In this document: one piece after another, positions 21,751-33,500 of the stretch
How positions within the stretch are numbered: the stretch's first letter is position 1
Layout of the letters: each line of letters opens with the position of its first letter
From: Planctomycetota bacterium
GTDB taxonomy: Bacteria; Planctomycetota; PLA2; JAEUHO01
Assembly: GCA_965223505.1 (NCBI GenBank)
Contig: CBDCWP010000021.1
Span: forward strand, 384,001 to 448,000
Length of the DNA stretch: 64,000 nt
Direction of reading: 5' to 3'
Position numbers and translations under genes: made by a program
The notes under the pieces: generated by a model
Seen by the model: the letters and a program-made list of their open reading frames with translations, nothing else
What the model was told of the DNA's origin: nothing
Databases searched by the model: none

Positions 21751-22173
21751 ATGAGGACGTTGTTGTCGGTCGTTGCCGCGATGTTGGTAACTTCGGGACT
21801 TGCTCTCGACGCTGCGCACGCAAAGAAGACGCGCGAGATCGTGGTTGTCGGCTCGAAAGTGAAAGACGTGATTCGTGAGGCAGGGCTGCGCTCCGATGGC
21901 GAGCTCGTGCAGGCCATCGACCGCGAGATCCATCGCTGGCTTCAGGAAGCCCATCAGCGTGCGCAAAGGAACGGTCGCAAGACGGAGCTTGCGCACGACC
22001 TTCCGTGCCTGCCGCACGTCACCGGACGCGAGCTCATCGTGATGGCGATCGGACTCCGATCGGACGGCGAACTGGTGCAGGCGGTTTCCGACAAGGTGCA
22101 CGAGATGCTGGGAGCCGCGATTCACCGCTGCACCAGCAACGGCCGGAGCACCGTTCGTCCGTACGACCTCTAG
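21751..22173 (+). CDS. Tandem (doublet) bacterial histone-fold protein with N-terminal signal peptide
   Basis: GGAGGTGA RBS; MRTLLSVVAAMLVTSGLALDAAHA leader; VVVGSKVKDVIRE...AQRNGRKTELAHDL followed by ...CTSNGRSTVRPYDL (histone R-x-T-x-x-x-x-D signature twice). Confidence 0.8.
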   Translation: MRTLLSVVAAMLVTSGLALDAAHAKKTREIVVVGSKVKDVIREAGLRSDGELVQAIDREIHRWLQEAHQRAQRNGRKTELAHDLPCLPHVTGRELIVMAIGLRSDGELVQAVSDKVHEMLGAAIHRCTSNGRSTVRPYDL

Positions 22174-22732
22174 GGGGTCCGTCCGGGTACCGAACCGGGT
22201 GGTAGTTCACCGGACTGTCGGTCGATCGCTACCGGGTACGGATCCGTCATGATTGCGGTGACCTGCACCCATCTCCCCATGTGCATTTCGCCAGACCGGT
22301 GAACTGGTTACGTAGTCGTTGGAATCGAGCCGGTCTCGGCCCCCACCCTCGCAGTCAACTTCATGAGTTGGTCGACGCCCGGCAGTGCTCCAAGCGCCTC
22401 ACGCGCCGTGACGCCCCGTGAGCGCGAGTTCGTATCAAGGCTCCTGCGTGTGCCCAATCACCTTCTGCGCATCGACGTGCACGACCTGGGAGTCGTCAAC
22501 GATGGCGACGCAACGATCCGGGCGCACAACGTCGTTCTCAGGTGCTGCCCAGATTGCGTGGTCCTTCCAGGGCGTGCCGGGGTGCGCCGCCATGAGGCCG
22601 TCGCATACGCCTGAAGACGTAGCCTCCAGGGTTCGTGCTCAACCACCGCTCATACCCGTCTTCGTCTCCTTTGAAGCGGACCACCTTCGACTCGTGGTTC
22701 ACAGTGATCTCCCTTCGGTCCTAGGGCGGCTG

Positions 22733-24001
22733 CTAGCTTCGCGCCGTCGAAGAAGGGCTCCCCGCCCCGACGTCCGCCCGGTACTCGTCCAACACCCGCT
22801 CGAGAATCGCGACGTCCGATTCGAACGTCTCGGGCAGCAGCGGGCCGAACGAGAAGCGGAACCAGTTTGCGTACGGCGACACGTAGGCCGGGTCCTTGTC
22901 GTGCGGCCGCGCCATGTCGCAGTCCTTGCCCTCGAGAATCGCGGCGCCGTGCTCGAACAGGCGTCGGTTCAGCTCGCTCGCATTCAAGCCCTCCGGCAGC
23001 TTCATCCAGTGGTAGAAGCCGCCGTCTCCGGTGAAGACCTCGAGACCCATCCGTTCGAAGGCCTCGCCGTACCGGGCGCGCTGCCTGCCGTAATGGCGCT
23101 CCACCGCCTCGCGCGCCAACGCCACGCGGCTCGGCTCCAGAAGCTCGACTGCATAGTGTTGCGACGGGTGGCTCACGCCGCCCATGCCGAAGCTGGAGAA
23201 GTTCGACAGGGTCTCGACGTTCTTCTTGCTGGCGATGATCCAACCGATGCGGATACCGGGACACTGCAGCCCCTTGGTGCACGCCCCTGCGAGGAACACG
23301 TTGCTGTCATCCAGGTTCTTGACGTATTGGATGCCGCTGACGCCCTTCGACGCGTGGAACATCTCGTAGGCCTCGTCGAGCAGGATGCCGTTGCCCGGCT
23401 GCTCCGCCATGGCGATCAGCTCCTTCAGCTCGGCGCCGGCGCGGGTGTGGCCGGTCGGATTGCCGGGGTTGGAGATGATCGGCATCAGATGGGTCTTGTG
23501 ATTCAGGCCGGCCCGATCGAAGTAGGCCGCGTTGGGCGGATGGAAACCGTTCTCCTCCGTGAACGGCACGACCCGCCAGCTGGTCTGCGTCTGCGTCATG
23601 ATGTCGAGGTACGCCGGCCACTCGGCGTTGCCGATCCGCACCTCGACGTGCTTCTTCATGAACGCCAGGACCGCGAAGATGCCGGGCCGACCCCCGGCGA
23701 ACACCATCACGTTCTCCGGCGTGATGCGCGAGCCGTAGAACGAGTTGTAGTACTCGACGAGCGCCTCTCTGAGCTTCGGATGCCCCCATGCCTTCGGGTA
23801 GAAGCGGTCCTCCCACGTCACCTCGACGCTGCTCGGCAGCGGCGGCCCGCCCTCGAGCTGCGTCGTCAGCGGGAACCCCTGGGACCAGGGGTGTGTGCCC
23901 TCGGTTCCCATGAACCGTCCGAAGCTGTCACGGAAGGCATAGAGGGTCTCGTAGATGCCCATGGGCGGGCAGTCGTCGGACAGGAAGGAGTCACGTTGCA
24001 T
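22733..24001 (-). CDS. PLP-dependent aminotransferase class I/II
   Basis: SNPGNPTG, LLDEAYE and TKGLQCPGIRIGW (PLP lysine); probable start MQRDSF at 24001. Confidence 0.92.
   Translation of the reverse strand: MQRDSFLSDDCPPMGIYETLYAFRDSFGRFMGTEGTHPWSQGFPLTTQLEGGPPLPSSVEVTWEDRFYPKAWGHPKLREALVEYYNSFYGSRITPENVMVFAGGRPGIFAVLAFMKKHVEVRIGNAEWPAYLDIMTQTQTSWRVVPFTEENGFHPPNAAYFDRAGLNHKTHLMPIISNPGNPTGHTRAGAELKELIAMAEQPGNGILLDEAYEMFHASKGVSGIQYVKNLDDSNVFLAGACTKGLQCPGIRIGWIIASKKNVETLSNFSSFGMGGVSHPSQHYAVELLEPSRVALAREAVERHYGRQRARYGEAFERMGLEVFTGDGGFYHWMKLPEGLNASELNRRLFEHGAAILEGKDCDMARPHDKDPAYVSPYANWFRFSFGPLLPETFESDVAILERVLDEYRADVGAGSPSSTARS
22767..23172 (-). repeat. Direct repeat copy 2 (inside the intact aminotransferase gene)
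   Basis: Matches 11684-12089 at a constant offset of 11083. Confidence 0.95.
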
Positions 24002-24241
24002 GAGGTCGGTTGCCGGAACGGTTGGGGCCCCCGAAGGGCGGGAGCCCCGGGGACGGGCGTCGGGCTGGCGTGGCGGATTGTAGCGACCGCAACCTCCGGC
24101 CGCTGCCACCCGTCTCCTTCATGCGATGCGCGCGCATTCCGGAACTGCGGGGATCGGACCTGTCGAGGGGGACGAGACCCTCTCCGTTCGCCACACTCAG
24201 TCCTGCAACTGCAGGAGAAGACGCTCGAGCGCGCCTTCCGC

Positions 24242-24691
24242 TCAGCACGAGACTTGGAGTCTGCCGCCCTCGATGGGCGCGCGAACTCGGTGAAGCGTCA
24301 CGATCGTTCCGCCGATCACGACCGCGGCTCGACTCGCCTTGGACGTCAGCGCCGCGAGCGTCTTGCCGGCCTCGGGACGCAAGGTGAGAAGCAGCGCCGG
24401 CCGTCCGTCGGCCTCGCCCTCGGTCGGCGGCTTCGCCAGCTCGAGCGGTGCATGGCCTCGCACCCGCAAGAGCACGTACTCCGGCGCAAGCTGCGAACCA
24501 CCAGCGATGAACTGCCGATCGTAGGTGAGGACGCGTGTCTCGGCGTCGGGCGTCGGCAGTGCGCCGGGGTCGCCTTCGACGGCCAGTACCTCGTAGACGC
24601 CATCCTTCAACGCAGCGGGCGGCGGAACGGGCTCAGGGTCCGAACACCCGCACGCACCTGCGAGCAGGACAAGGGAGAGACAAAGCCGCAT
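24242..24691 (-). CDS. Lipoprotein with SecDF P1-head-like domain (possible UGA readthrough to 24197)
   Basis: AAGGAGG RBS; lipobox-like LAGAC(G)C; LTLRPEAGKTLAALT...AAVVIGGTIV...APIEGGRLQVS resembles the SecD head. Confidence 0.7.
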   Translation of the reverse strand: MRLCLSLVLLAGACGCSDPEPVPPPAALKDGVYEVLAVEGDPGALPTPDAETRVLTYDRQFIAGGSQLAPEYVLLRVRGHAPLELAKPPTEGEADGRPALLLTLRPEAGKTLAALTSKASRAAVVIGGTIVTLHRVRAPIEGGRLQVSC

Positions 24692-24720
24692 GCGTTCCTC
24701 CTTGCGGCGACGCACCGCCG

Positions 24721-27700
24721 TCATTCGTCGGCATTCGTCAACTCGACGAGCCGCTTGCGCCAGGTGTCGGCTTGCTTCGTCTTGCCCCACGCCTCGTAGA
24801 GCCCGATGATGCGCTCGAGCGCCGCTTTCTTGCGGCGGCCCCAGGGTTCGGGCGGGTCGATCTTCTCGTACGCCTCGAGCAGCATCGACTCCGCCTCGTC
24901 GAACTTCCGTTGCGCAGTGAGGGCTTCCCCCAGGATGCTGCGCACGTTGGCGAGCAGCCAGTGATCCGCCGGCAGGGCCTTCTCACGGATGGAGACGGCC
25001 CTCCGCAGGAGCGCCTCCGCCACCTTCGCCTTGCCCGCGCGCAGCGTTAGGACTCCGGCGAGCAACGCGTGCACGGCATGGTTGGGGTCGTCAGCGCCGA
25101 GACACCTCTCCTGGGTCTCGCGAAGAAGCGTCACCGCCCGTTCGGCTTTGGGATGCTCCGCGTCGACGAGCGCCGAGGCCGCCAAGCGAAGCGTGAGACA
25201 CAGCTCCTCGGGATGCACCGGGAGCCCGCCGAGCTGCTCGAGCAAGGGTGCGAACTTCTGGGCCGCCTCCTTCTGCTCGCCGACCATGGCGAGACGCACC
25301 GCCCAGGCCGTTTCGTACATGCGGGTCTCCACGGATGCCGCGCCGTGCAGCCGCCGGCCGAGCTGGGCAGCTTCGGCCGCGAGCTCGACTGCCTGCTTCG
25401 GAGGCGCCACGAAGGAGAGTTGGTGCGCCGCGGCGGCTACGAGGGCGTGCTCGCCGAGGTGTTCCCGCGCGATGGTCAGAACGTCCTGCCGAACGCGCCG
25501 CGACGCATCGAGCTGTCCGGCTGCGTCGTAGGCCGCGGCAAGCTCGAGCCGTATGCCCAGCAGCTCCGGATTCTGCGCGGGCCAAGCGTCTTGCAGCGTC
25601 GCAACCGCGTTGCTCATCTGCTCGACCGCCTCCGTCAGCTCTCCCGCCGAGAACAACGCGCGTCCAAGTATCATCTGCGCGCCTGCGTTCTCGAGATCCG
25701 CATCGGGGCTGACTTCGGCCGTCAAGGCGACGAGCTCGCGCGCGGCCGCGGATGCCTCGGGATGGGCGGTGGCCACGAGCGACAGGGTCGCATTCAGAAG
25801 CACCGTCCGGCGACTTTCCGGATCCGGGTTGAGCTTGGCCAGATGAGGCAACACGCTCGCAAACAGCGGCGCGGCCTCTTCGTGGCGCCCGGATGCCGCA
25901 AGTGCCATCGCAATATGACGCTCGTAGAGACGCGTGTTCGCGTGGGTCGCTCCCTGCACCCTGCGGCTCATCGCTACGGCCTCCTCCAGAAGCTCGAGCT
26001 GTTCCGAGAGCTCGACGTGAAAGGCGAGGAAAGCCGTGGCCTCCGCCGTGATCGCATGGTCTCCGAGCTTGGTACGCGCCTCTTCGCGCAGGCTTCGCAC
26101 GATGGTTCGCGCGGCTTGGGCGTCGCCTTGCGTTTTGAGCGCCGCCACGAGCACGCCAACCGTGTTCAGGATGTCCCGACCGGGCTTGTCGTAGGCGGCG
26201 CGCAGACCGCGCAGGACCCCGCGCAGCGTACGCACCGCATCGTCCGTGCGACCCTCGGCCAACATCCGTCTTGGTTGGCCGCAACAGCCAGCGCTGCACT
26301 CGGGGAAGTGCTCTTTCCGCACCCGCGCGAAGGCCGTGACGACCGCGTCCACGTCTTTCTTCGGGGAGCCGGCCTGCACCGCGACCAGTGCGCAGCCGAG
26401 CGACTTCGCGCGCTCCGCAGGCTTCGGCAGGAGCGTCTCGAGCTTCGGCAGGACCTCGACGAAGAGCGGCGCCGCGGCCGCGTCGTCGCCGGCGACATGC
26501 AAACGGTCGGCGAGGTCGAGCTTCGCGCGCAGCGTCTGGAGCTCCCCGGGCATCTCGCGCTCCAACCAAGCCAGCGCCTTGCGCTGAAACGCGATGCTCT
26601 CTGCCATCAGTGCAAGCTCCTGGGTTCGGTCCCCGCGGTCGTGTGCGAAACCGGCCAGCTCGTACAGGGCCTTGGAGAGCGGTCTGAGGTCGCTCTCCTC
26701 CTCCGGGTCGAGCAGCTCGCGGGCGCGGGAGTAGGCGCGACGGGACTCGTCGAGGCTCCCGTGGCGTTTCATCGTCCCTCCCAGCCAAGCAAACGCCCAG
26801 CCCCGCGGGGTCTTCTTCAGGCGCCGCTCCAGCGCCGCGCGTGCCTTGGCGGCCTGGGGATGCTTCGTGACCAGCAGCGTGTCGGTCGCTCGGGTGAGGA
26901 CGTGCAGCCACGACTCGTCCGAAAAGCCCCCGAACATCTGGTCGTCCATACGTTCGAGGACGTCGACATAGATCTCGGCGGCTTCGGCGTGGTTCTCGAC
27001 GCCGTGGAGGGCGCTGGCGAGGCGCATGCGCAAGTCCCAAGTCACAGGGTGGTCGGAACCGCGCACTGCGGTGCAGATCTCCAGCGCTTCGCGACAGAGA
27101 CGAACCCCTTCCGCCGGCGAGACGAACACACCCATCGTCGACAGCACCGACGCGGTGAGCATCGGGTCCTGGGACGCGCGCGCCAGCTCGCCTGCCTCTT
27201 CGGCGAGGGAGCGCGCCTCCTGAATGCGCCCCTGCTGGTACACCGAGCGGACGAGGTGGGACAGGGTGTACACGGCGCGGGGACTGCCACGCCCGTGTGC
27301 GCGGCGGTAGATCTCGAGGGCCTTTCGCACGCTCGCCTCCGCCCGGGCCCAGTCACGGGCGGCATTCTGCATCCTGCCTCGTTCGAGGTGGAGGTGCCCC
27401 ACCGTGGGGTGGCCGGCGGGCAGGATGCGGTCCGCCATCTCGAAGGCCTCGTCCAGGTGGCGAATTGCGGCCTCGTCGTCGCCGCGCGAATGCGCGTTGT
27501 AGGCCAAGTTGCTGAGCGCCAGCACGACCTCGGGGTGCTCCCCCCAGTGGGCGCGCTGCATCATGACGCCCTCCTCCAGGATCGGGCGGGCCTCCTCGTG
27601 GCGGCCCATTCGCTCGAGGGACAGCGCGACGTTGCCGAGCGCGACGCCCACGAAGGCGCTGGATTCGCCGTGGGTTCGGCGCTTGATGGCCAGGTCCCGC

Positions 27701-29874
27701 CGGGCAAGCGCGAGGCCCTCTTCGTCCATGTCGAAGTTCGTCACGACCAGATACAGACCATTGACCATGAAGCCGGTCGCGCTGTGGTGCTCGCCGTACT
27801 GCTCCTCCGCAAACGCGAGCGCGCGCCGGGCCATCTCCAACGCCGCCTCCCGCTCGCCCCGAAAGGCAAGCACGAGGGCCAGCTCGCGCAGCGGCGCGCT
27901 TGCTCGCGGGTCGTCGCCGGGAAGCCGTTGCTCGGCGATGGCCAGGGCCTTCCGGAACTCTCGCTCCGCGCCCGTGAGGTCGCCGCGGCGCTTGCGCAGC
28001 CCGCCTTGAAGCACCAACGACTGGATGTGCTCCCGCGGCGCATCGACCGTTTCGAGCGTTGTGAGCGAGGCCGTGACCATCTCCTGCGCCTCGTCCACGC
28101 GAACGAGCTCGAGCAGGGAGCCGACGATGGCGTTGCGGATGCGGACCGCGGCCGCGCTCTCGAGACCAACGCGGCGCGCCGTCAGCTCGAGCGCCTTGCG
28201 GTAGGCAGCTTGGGCTTCCGCCCAGCGGCCGCGTGTGTCGAGCACCCGGCCCGTGGCGACGAGCGCATCGGTGAGGACCTCGTGGTCGGCCGGCAGCACC
28301 CCGTCGGCGTGCTTGCGCGCCAGGTCGAGGTGGCGCTGCCCCTCTTCGATGAGGCCCAGCCGCACGTATACCCCGCCCAGCAGGCCGTGGATGGTCGCAG
28401 CGACCTCCGGTTGATCGGCCAACGCGGCCGGGTCCAGCTCGCGATCGAACTCGTCGAGTAGCTCCTTCACGGTGAAGTTCGCACCGCGCACTTCGTCCGG
28501 ATCCGCCGCTCCGATCAGTCGTTTCATCAGGCCGACCACGGTCGTTGCGCGTTGCGCCTCCGTGCGCGCCTCGCGCTCTCGCGCCTCGGCGCGCTCCCGC
28601 TGGCGATCGGCTTCGACCCAAGCCGTCGTAGAGACGACCAGGCCCACCAGCAGTGCCGCGGTTACGAGTCCCGTCGCGACGACCGCTGCACGGTGGCGTC
28701 GCACGTACTTGCGCGCCCGGTACATCGCGCTCGGAGGCGTCGCCACGACGGCCTGGTCGGACAAGAACCGCTCGACGTCCATGGCGAGCGCATTCGCGGT
28801 CTCGTAGCGGCGGTTGCGGTCCTTCTCGAGCGCGCGCATGACGATCCAGTCGAGGTCGCCGCGCAGCAAGCGGCCGAGCATCTTGGGCTCGGTGTGCCGG
28901 TTGTGGGCAAGGACCGAGGCGTCCGCGCCGAGCGTGCTGACTCGCGTGCTGGGCTTGGGCGGGTCGACCTCGCGGATGTAGCGCAGGATCTCGCCGTAGC
29001 CCTCGCGCATCAGCGTCTCGAAGTCGAAGGGCTTCTTGCCCGTGAGGATCTCGTAGAGCAGGACGCCGAGCGAGTAGATGTCGGCGCGCGTGTCGATGTC
29101 CAGGCCGGAGAGCTCCGCCTGCTCGGGTGCCATGTACTCCGGGGTGCCGACCATCTGGCGGAACTCGGTGAACAGCGTCTTCTCCGTCAGGCGGTGGTCC
29201 GTGGCCTTGGCGATGCCGAAGTCGATCACCTTGGGCACGGGGCGCCCGTCGTGCAGGGTGACCAGGATGTTCGAGGGCTTGAGGTCGCGGTGGATGATTC
29301 CCTTCTGGTGGGCGTGCTGGATCGCGTGGCAGACCGGCTGGAAGAGCTTCAGCCGCTCGCGCGTGTCGAGCTTCGCCTCGTCGGCGTATTGCGTGATGGG
29401 AACGCCTTTCACGAGCTCCATCACGAAGTACGGATGGCCTCGCCGCGTGGTGCCGGCGTCCAGCACGCGCGCGATGTTGGGATGCTCCATCAGCGCCAGC
29501 GCCTGGCGCTCCGCCTCGAAACGGGCGATGACCTGCTTGGTGTCCATGCCGGGCTTGAGCACCTTGAGCGCCACCTTGCGGCGAACGGGCTCGATCTGCT
29601 CGGCCATGTAGACGACGCCGAAGCCGCCCTCACCGATCTGCTGGAGCAGCTTGTAGCGGTCGACGACCGCGCCGGGACCCTCGTCGGGGTGACGATCCTC
29701 GGCGTCTGGGTCGGCGAGGAACGCGCCCAGCTCATCGTGGGCCGCGAGCAGCGCCTCGATGCGCGCGCGCAAGGTCGCGTCCTCGCACGCCTCGTCCAGG
29801 AACGAGGTACGCTGCTCGGCCGGCTTATCGCGCGCCGCCTGGAAGAGCCGCTTGGCCTCGGCTTCGATACTCAT
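24721..29874 (-). CDS. Large Ser/Thr kinase with long TPR array
   Basis: [24 protein letters not shown] and [10 protein letters not shown] motifs; kinesin-light-chain-like TPRs; ATGA overlap with the upstream sigma factor. Confidence 0.94.
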   Translation of the reverse strand: MSIEAEAKRLFQAARDKPAEQRTSFLDEACEDATLRARIEALLAAHDELGAFLADPDAEDRHPDEGPGAVVDRYKLLQQIGEGGFGVVYMAEQIEPVRRKVALKVLKPGMDTKQVIARFEAERQALALMEHPNIARVLDAGTTRRGHPYFVMELVKGVPITQYADEAKLDTRERLKLFQPVCHAIQHAHQKGIIHRDLKPSNILVTLHDGRPVPKVIDFGIAKATDHRLTEKTLFTEFRQMVGTPEYMAPEQAELSGLDIDTRADIYSLGVLLYEILTGKKPFDFETLMREGYGEILRYIREVDPPKPSTRVSTLGADASVLAHNRHTEPKMLGRLLRGDLDWIVMRALEKDRNRRYETANALAMDVERFLSDQAVVATPPSAMYRARKYVRRHRAAVVATGLVTAALLVGLVVSTTAWVEADRQRERAEAREREARTEAQRATTVVGLMKRLIGAADPDEVRGANFTVKELLDEFDRELDPAALADQPEVAATIHGLLGGVYVRLGLIEEGQRHLDLARKHADGVLPADHEVLTDALVATGRVLDTRGRWAEAQAAYRKALELTARRVGLESAAAVRIRNAIVGSLLELVRVDEAQEMVTASLTTLETVDAPREHIQSLVLQGGLRKRRGDLTGAEREFRKALAIAEQRLPGDDPRASAPLRELALVLAFRGEREAALEMARRALAFAEEQYGEHHSATGFMVNGLYLVVTNFDMDEEGLALARRDLAIKRRTHGESSAFVGVALGNVALSLERMGRHEEARPILEEGVMMQRAHWGEHPEVVLALSNLAYNAHSRGDDEAAIRHLDEAFEMADRILPAGHPTVGHLHLERGRMQNAARDWARAEASVRKALEIYRRAHGRGSPRAVYTLSHLVRSVYQQGRIQEARSLAEEAGELARASQDPMLTASVLSTMGVFVSPAEGVRLCREALEICTAVRGSDHPVTWDLRMRLASALHGVENHAEAAEIYVDVLERMDDQMFGGFSDESWLHVLTRATDTLLVTKHPQAAKARAALERRLKKTPRGWAFAWLGGTMKRHGSLDESRRAYSRARELLDPEEESDLRPLSKALYELAGFAHDRGDRTQELALMAESIAFQRKALAWLEREMPGELQTLRAKLDLADRLHVAGDDAAAAPLFVEVLPKLETLLPKPAERAKSLGCALVAVQAGSPKKDVDAVVTAFARVRKEHFPECSAGCCGQPRRMLAEGRTDDAVRTLRGVLRGLRAAYDKPGRDILNTVGVLVAALKTQGDAQAARTIVRSLREEARTKLGDHAITAEATAFLAFHVELSEQLELLEEAVAMSRRVQGATHANTRLYERHIAMALAASGRHEEAAPLFASVLPHLAKLNPDPESRRTVLLNATLSLVATAHPEASAAARELVALTAEVSPDADLENAGAQMILGRALFSAGELTEAVEQMSNAVATLQDAWPAQNPELLGIRLELAAAYDAAGQLDASRRVRQDVLTIAREHLGEHALVAAAAHQLSFVAPPKQAVELAAEAAQLGRRLHGAASVETRMYETAWAVRLAMVGEQKEAAQKFAPLLEQLGGLPVHPEELCLTLRLAASALVDAEHPKAERAVTLLRETQERCLGADDPNHAVHALLAGVLTLRAGKAKVAEALLRRAVSIREKALPADHWLLANVRSILGEALTAQRKFDEAESMLLEAYEKIDPPEPWGRRKKAALERIIGLYEAWGKTKQADTWRKRLVELTNADE

Positions 29875-30437
29875 GCCAACCTCTCGTAGAGCCACGCCTT
29901 GGCGTACGCCCAGTCACGCTCCACCGTCCGGAGGGGGATTCCCAGGACCTCCGCCGTCTGCGCGAGCTCGAGCCCCGCGAAGAGCCGGATGTGGACGATG
30001 GATCCCGCACGGGGGTCCACCTCTTCTAGGCGGCGGACGGCGTCCTCGACCGCCACGAGGGTCTCGAATTCCCCTCCGGAGACGATCTGGGCCAGGTCCG
30101 CTTGGATCCGAAGCCTCCCCCCGCCTCGCTTCCGCGTCGCGCGGGCGCGGGCGTGGTCGATGAGGATCTGGCGCATGGCGCGCGCTGCCGCTGCGTAGAA
30201 CTGGGCCCGGTCGGTGTACGTACGCCGGCGCTCCGCCTCCAGCTTGAGCCAGACCTCGTGGACGAGGGCCGTCGGCTGCAGCGTGTGGTCCCTCCGCTCG
30301 CCCTGCATGCGGTGCGCGGCCATCGCGCGCAGCTGGCCGTAGACGAGCGGAAGCAGCGCCTGCGGGTCTTCGCCGTCGTCAAGGTCCGCGGCGCGCAGGA
30401 TGCGAGAGATCTCGCCGGCGTCTGTGGGCGTGGTCAA
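29871..30437 (-). CDS. ECF sigma factor (planctomycete TIGR02999-like)
   Basis: [32 protein letters not shown] and [14 protein letters not shown]. Confidence 0.93.
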   Translation of the reverse strand: MTTPTDAGEISRILRAADLDDGEDPQALLPLVYGQLRAMAAHRMQGERRDHTLQPTALVHEVWLKLEAERRRTYTDRAQFYAAAARAMRQILIDHARARATRKRGGGRLRIQADLAQIVSGGEFETLVAVEDAVRRLEEVDPRAGSIVHIRLFAGLELAQTAEVLGIPLRTVERDWAYAKAWLYERLA

Positions 30438-30588
30438 GCGCCTGCCCTCCTCGCTGGGAGTGTGCGGACTCTAGCACGGGGTCGACTCGGCGCTCGAGGC
30501 GGGCGGCCGAAGGGCTCGGGGTTCAGCCTCGAGCGAGGTCGGCGCTAGGTGAAGCGACGGTCGACGCGCCCGACCCGGTGTCGGTACC

Positions 30589-33500
30589 GTGGTGCGCGTG
30601 GACCCGAAGCGGTACCAGCGCATCCGAGAGGTCTTCTACCGCGCGGCCGAGCTCTCCGGAGAGGCCCAACGGGACTATCTGTCAAAGGCCTGTCGCGACG
30701 ACCGTCCCCTGCGCCGTGCCGTCGAAGGACTGCTCGGAGCGGAGCACGGTGCGACGGATACCCCGTCCCTGGCGGTACAGACCGGCGCCGTTCCCGAGAC
30801 GATCGGCGAGTACGAGCTCACGCGCGAGCTCGGCCGCGGCGGTATGGGCGCGGTCTACCTGGCGCGGGACGCGAACGGCCAGCACGTGTGCGTCAAGGTG
30901 ATGCACCCGACGTTGTTCGTTCACGAAACCGCCGGTGAGCGGTTTGCACGAGAAGCGGAGCTCGGTCGCCGGCTGGAACATCCGAACGTCGTTCGCACCC
31001 TCGACCACGGATCCGAGTCCACGCCGGCTGGCGACGTGCGCTACCTCGTCATGGAGTACGTCGATGGCCGCGATCTTCGCGCGATTCTGTCCGAGCACGG
31101 GTCGTTGTCCGATGGCCTCGTCCGGGAGATCGGAAGACAGGTGGCCGACGGCCTGGCTGCGATGCACGCGCACGGGATCGTGCACCGCGATCTGAAACCG
31201 GAAAACGTCATCGTCGACGGCGCGGTGCAAGCGCGGATCGTCGATCTCGGCATCGCGCTCTCAGAGGCGAGGGACACACGGCTGACGACGCCCGGCATGT
31301 TCATCGGTTCGCTTCATTACGCGGCGCCGGAACAGCTCGCCGGCGCGGCGGTCGACGGCCGGGCCGACCTGTACTCGCTTGGGGTCGTGCTGTTCGAGCT
31401 CGCGACGGGCCGGCCGCCCGGAGAGGGACACGATGAGGGGCCGAGCCTGGAGCGGCCGTCCCGGCAGGCGATCGAGGCCGCGTTGGACCAGGTCGATTCG
31501 TTGAGCGACTTCCTGCGGAGCCTCGTGCCCGCCTTGATGGCGGTCAGGCCAGAGGACAGGATCGCGTCCGCGACCGAGCTCGCGACGCTACTCGAAGAAG
31601 GGGAGGCGGGCGCGTGGTGGAAGAAGCAGGCGGAGGCGAGCCGCGGAACGCGCTGGCCCCGCGCGCTGGCACCGGCTCCGGCGGGACGATTCGTTGGGCG
31701 CGAAGGTGCGATGGAGAGGCTTCAGGCAGCGTGGGCCCAGGCGCGGGAAGGTGCCGGAGGGGTCGTGCTCATCGAAGGGGACCTGGGAGCCGGCAAGTCG
31801 AGCCTCGTCAGCGCGTTTCTCGATTCCATCCGGACCCAGGACGCGCAGGCGTTGTACGGCGCGTACGGCGCAGCCGGCACGGGGGCCATCGCCCACGCCG
31901 TACGCACGCGGTTTGGTTCCGCCGATCTCGCCAAGCGCTTGAGTCGCTTTCTCGATGCGGACACGGGCCTCGTGGAGCAGCTCCTTGGTAGCCCCCGGTA
32001 CGCGCCCGCATCCGAGGCCGTTCTCGATCAACTCTGCGTGCGATTGGTAGAGCGGCTTTCTCGCGAGCTTCCGACCGTTTGGGTCGTAGAGGACCTAGAC
32101 AAAGCGGAGCCCCCGTTGAGAGGGCGGATTCTCGGACTCGCGAGCGCACTCCAACGCATGCCGGCGCTCATGCTCGTCACGATCTGCGGCGAAGCACCGA
32201 CATCGTACGATCCTCGCACCAGCGACGCGCTCCGCCGCATCGCGCTGCCGCCGCTCACGACGGAAGAGGTCGAGACGCTGCTCGCCGAGATGATGGACGA
32301 CGCGAGCGCCGCCGCCGACCTCGCGGGCACGGTGTGGCACCGGGCGGCCGGTCTGCCACTCTACGTGCGCGAGTTCGTCGCCGCGCTGCGCCGTTCGTCG
32401 ATCCTGCCGGTGCGAGAAGGCGGCGCCGCGTTGCTCAGCGCCGTGCAGAACGCCGAGCTTCCGATCGGGCTGCGAGCGCTGCTCGAAGCCCGAATCGACA
32501 CACTGTCGGATGAGGATCGCGCCCTGCTCGACGCCGCGTCCGTCGCCGGGGAGGTGTTCGACCCACGGCTCCTTGCGCGTGCATTGGAGAAGCCTCGAAT
32601 TCCCCTGCTCGAACGCCTGGCGCGGCTCGAGCGCATGGGCGGGTTCATTCGATCCGACGGTTCGCACTTCCGGTTCGAGCCCGCGGTTCTGCGAGACGTC
32701 CTCTACGCAGCATCGCCGACCTCGCTTCGCGCGGCGTATCACGGCAACCTCGGAGAGGCGTACGCTGCGGTCTCCGAGAAACCTCCGCGTCCTCGGGAGG
32801 CGGCGCCCATCGCGCGTCATCTCTTGCGCAGTGACGACCCGGCTGCGGCACTGCCCTACGTCGTTGCCGCGACGCAGCATCTCATCGCCGCGGGCCAGAA
32901 GCTCGCCGAGCACGACACGCTCGTGCGGGCACTTCAGGCGCTCGGGGACGACCGCGTGCCTCTGCGACTCCGGCTGCTCGGGTTGCTCGCGAGTGCGCTG
33001 GTACGACTCGACCAGCGGGAAGCCGCAGCGAGGACGTGCGAGCAGGCCGTGACGGAGGCCATCGCGGTAGACGACGTCGACGGGCAAGTCGACCTGTCGT
33101 GCATTTGGGCGTCCATGCTCAATAGCACCGGTCGTCCGCAGGACGCTCTGGGGAAGCTCGAGCGCGTGGCGGTACTCCATGATCGCGTCGAGTCGGCGAA
33201 GGTGCGGGCGCAGTTCCTCCTAGCTCGGGGCAAAGTCTATTGGACCCTCGGCCGCTTCGCGGACGCCGCCGGCGACTTCGACGCGCTCGCGCTTCTCGGC
33301 AAGGAAGAGGGGCTCATCCACGAAGAGGCGCGCGCTCGTGGGATGCGCGGAATTCTCCTGCAAGAGTCCGGGAACAACGATGCCGCGTACGCGGAGTCGA
33401 AGCGCTCCTTGGAACTGACCCGGAAGGTCCGCGACACTTCGAATGAACCCCCCGCGCTGATCACGCTCGCCAACATCTGCGCGGCACGCGGCCATCTGGC

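Noticed and set aside
22174..22732. Gene or ncRNA between the histone gene and the aminotransferase
   Set aside because: Only short ORFs without RBS or motifs and weak hairpins are present, which is not enough to call.
25069..28461. Long antisense ORFs (also 8209-10662, 60746-63751, 22418-24799, 40125-42002)
   Set aside because: These are stop-poor shadows of real genes in GC-rich DNA, with no recognisable motifs.
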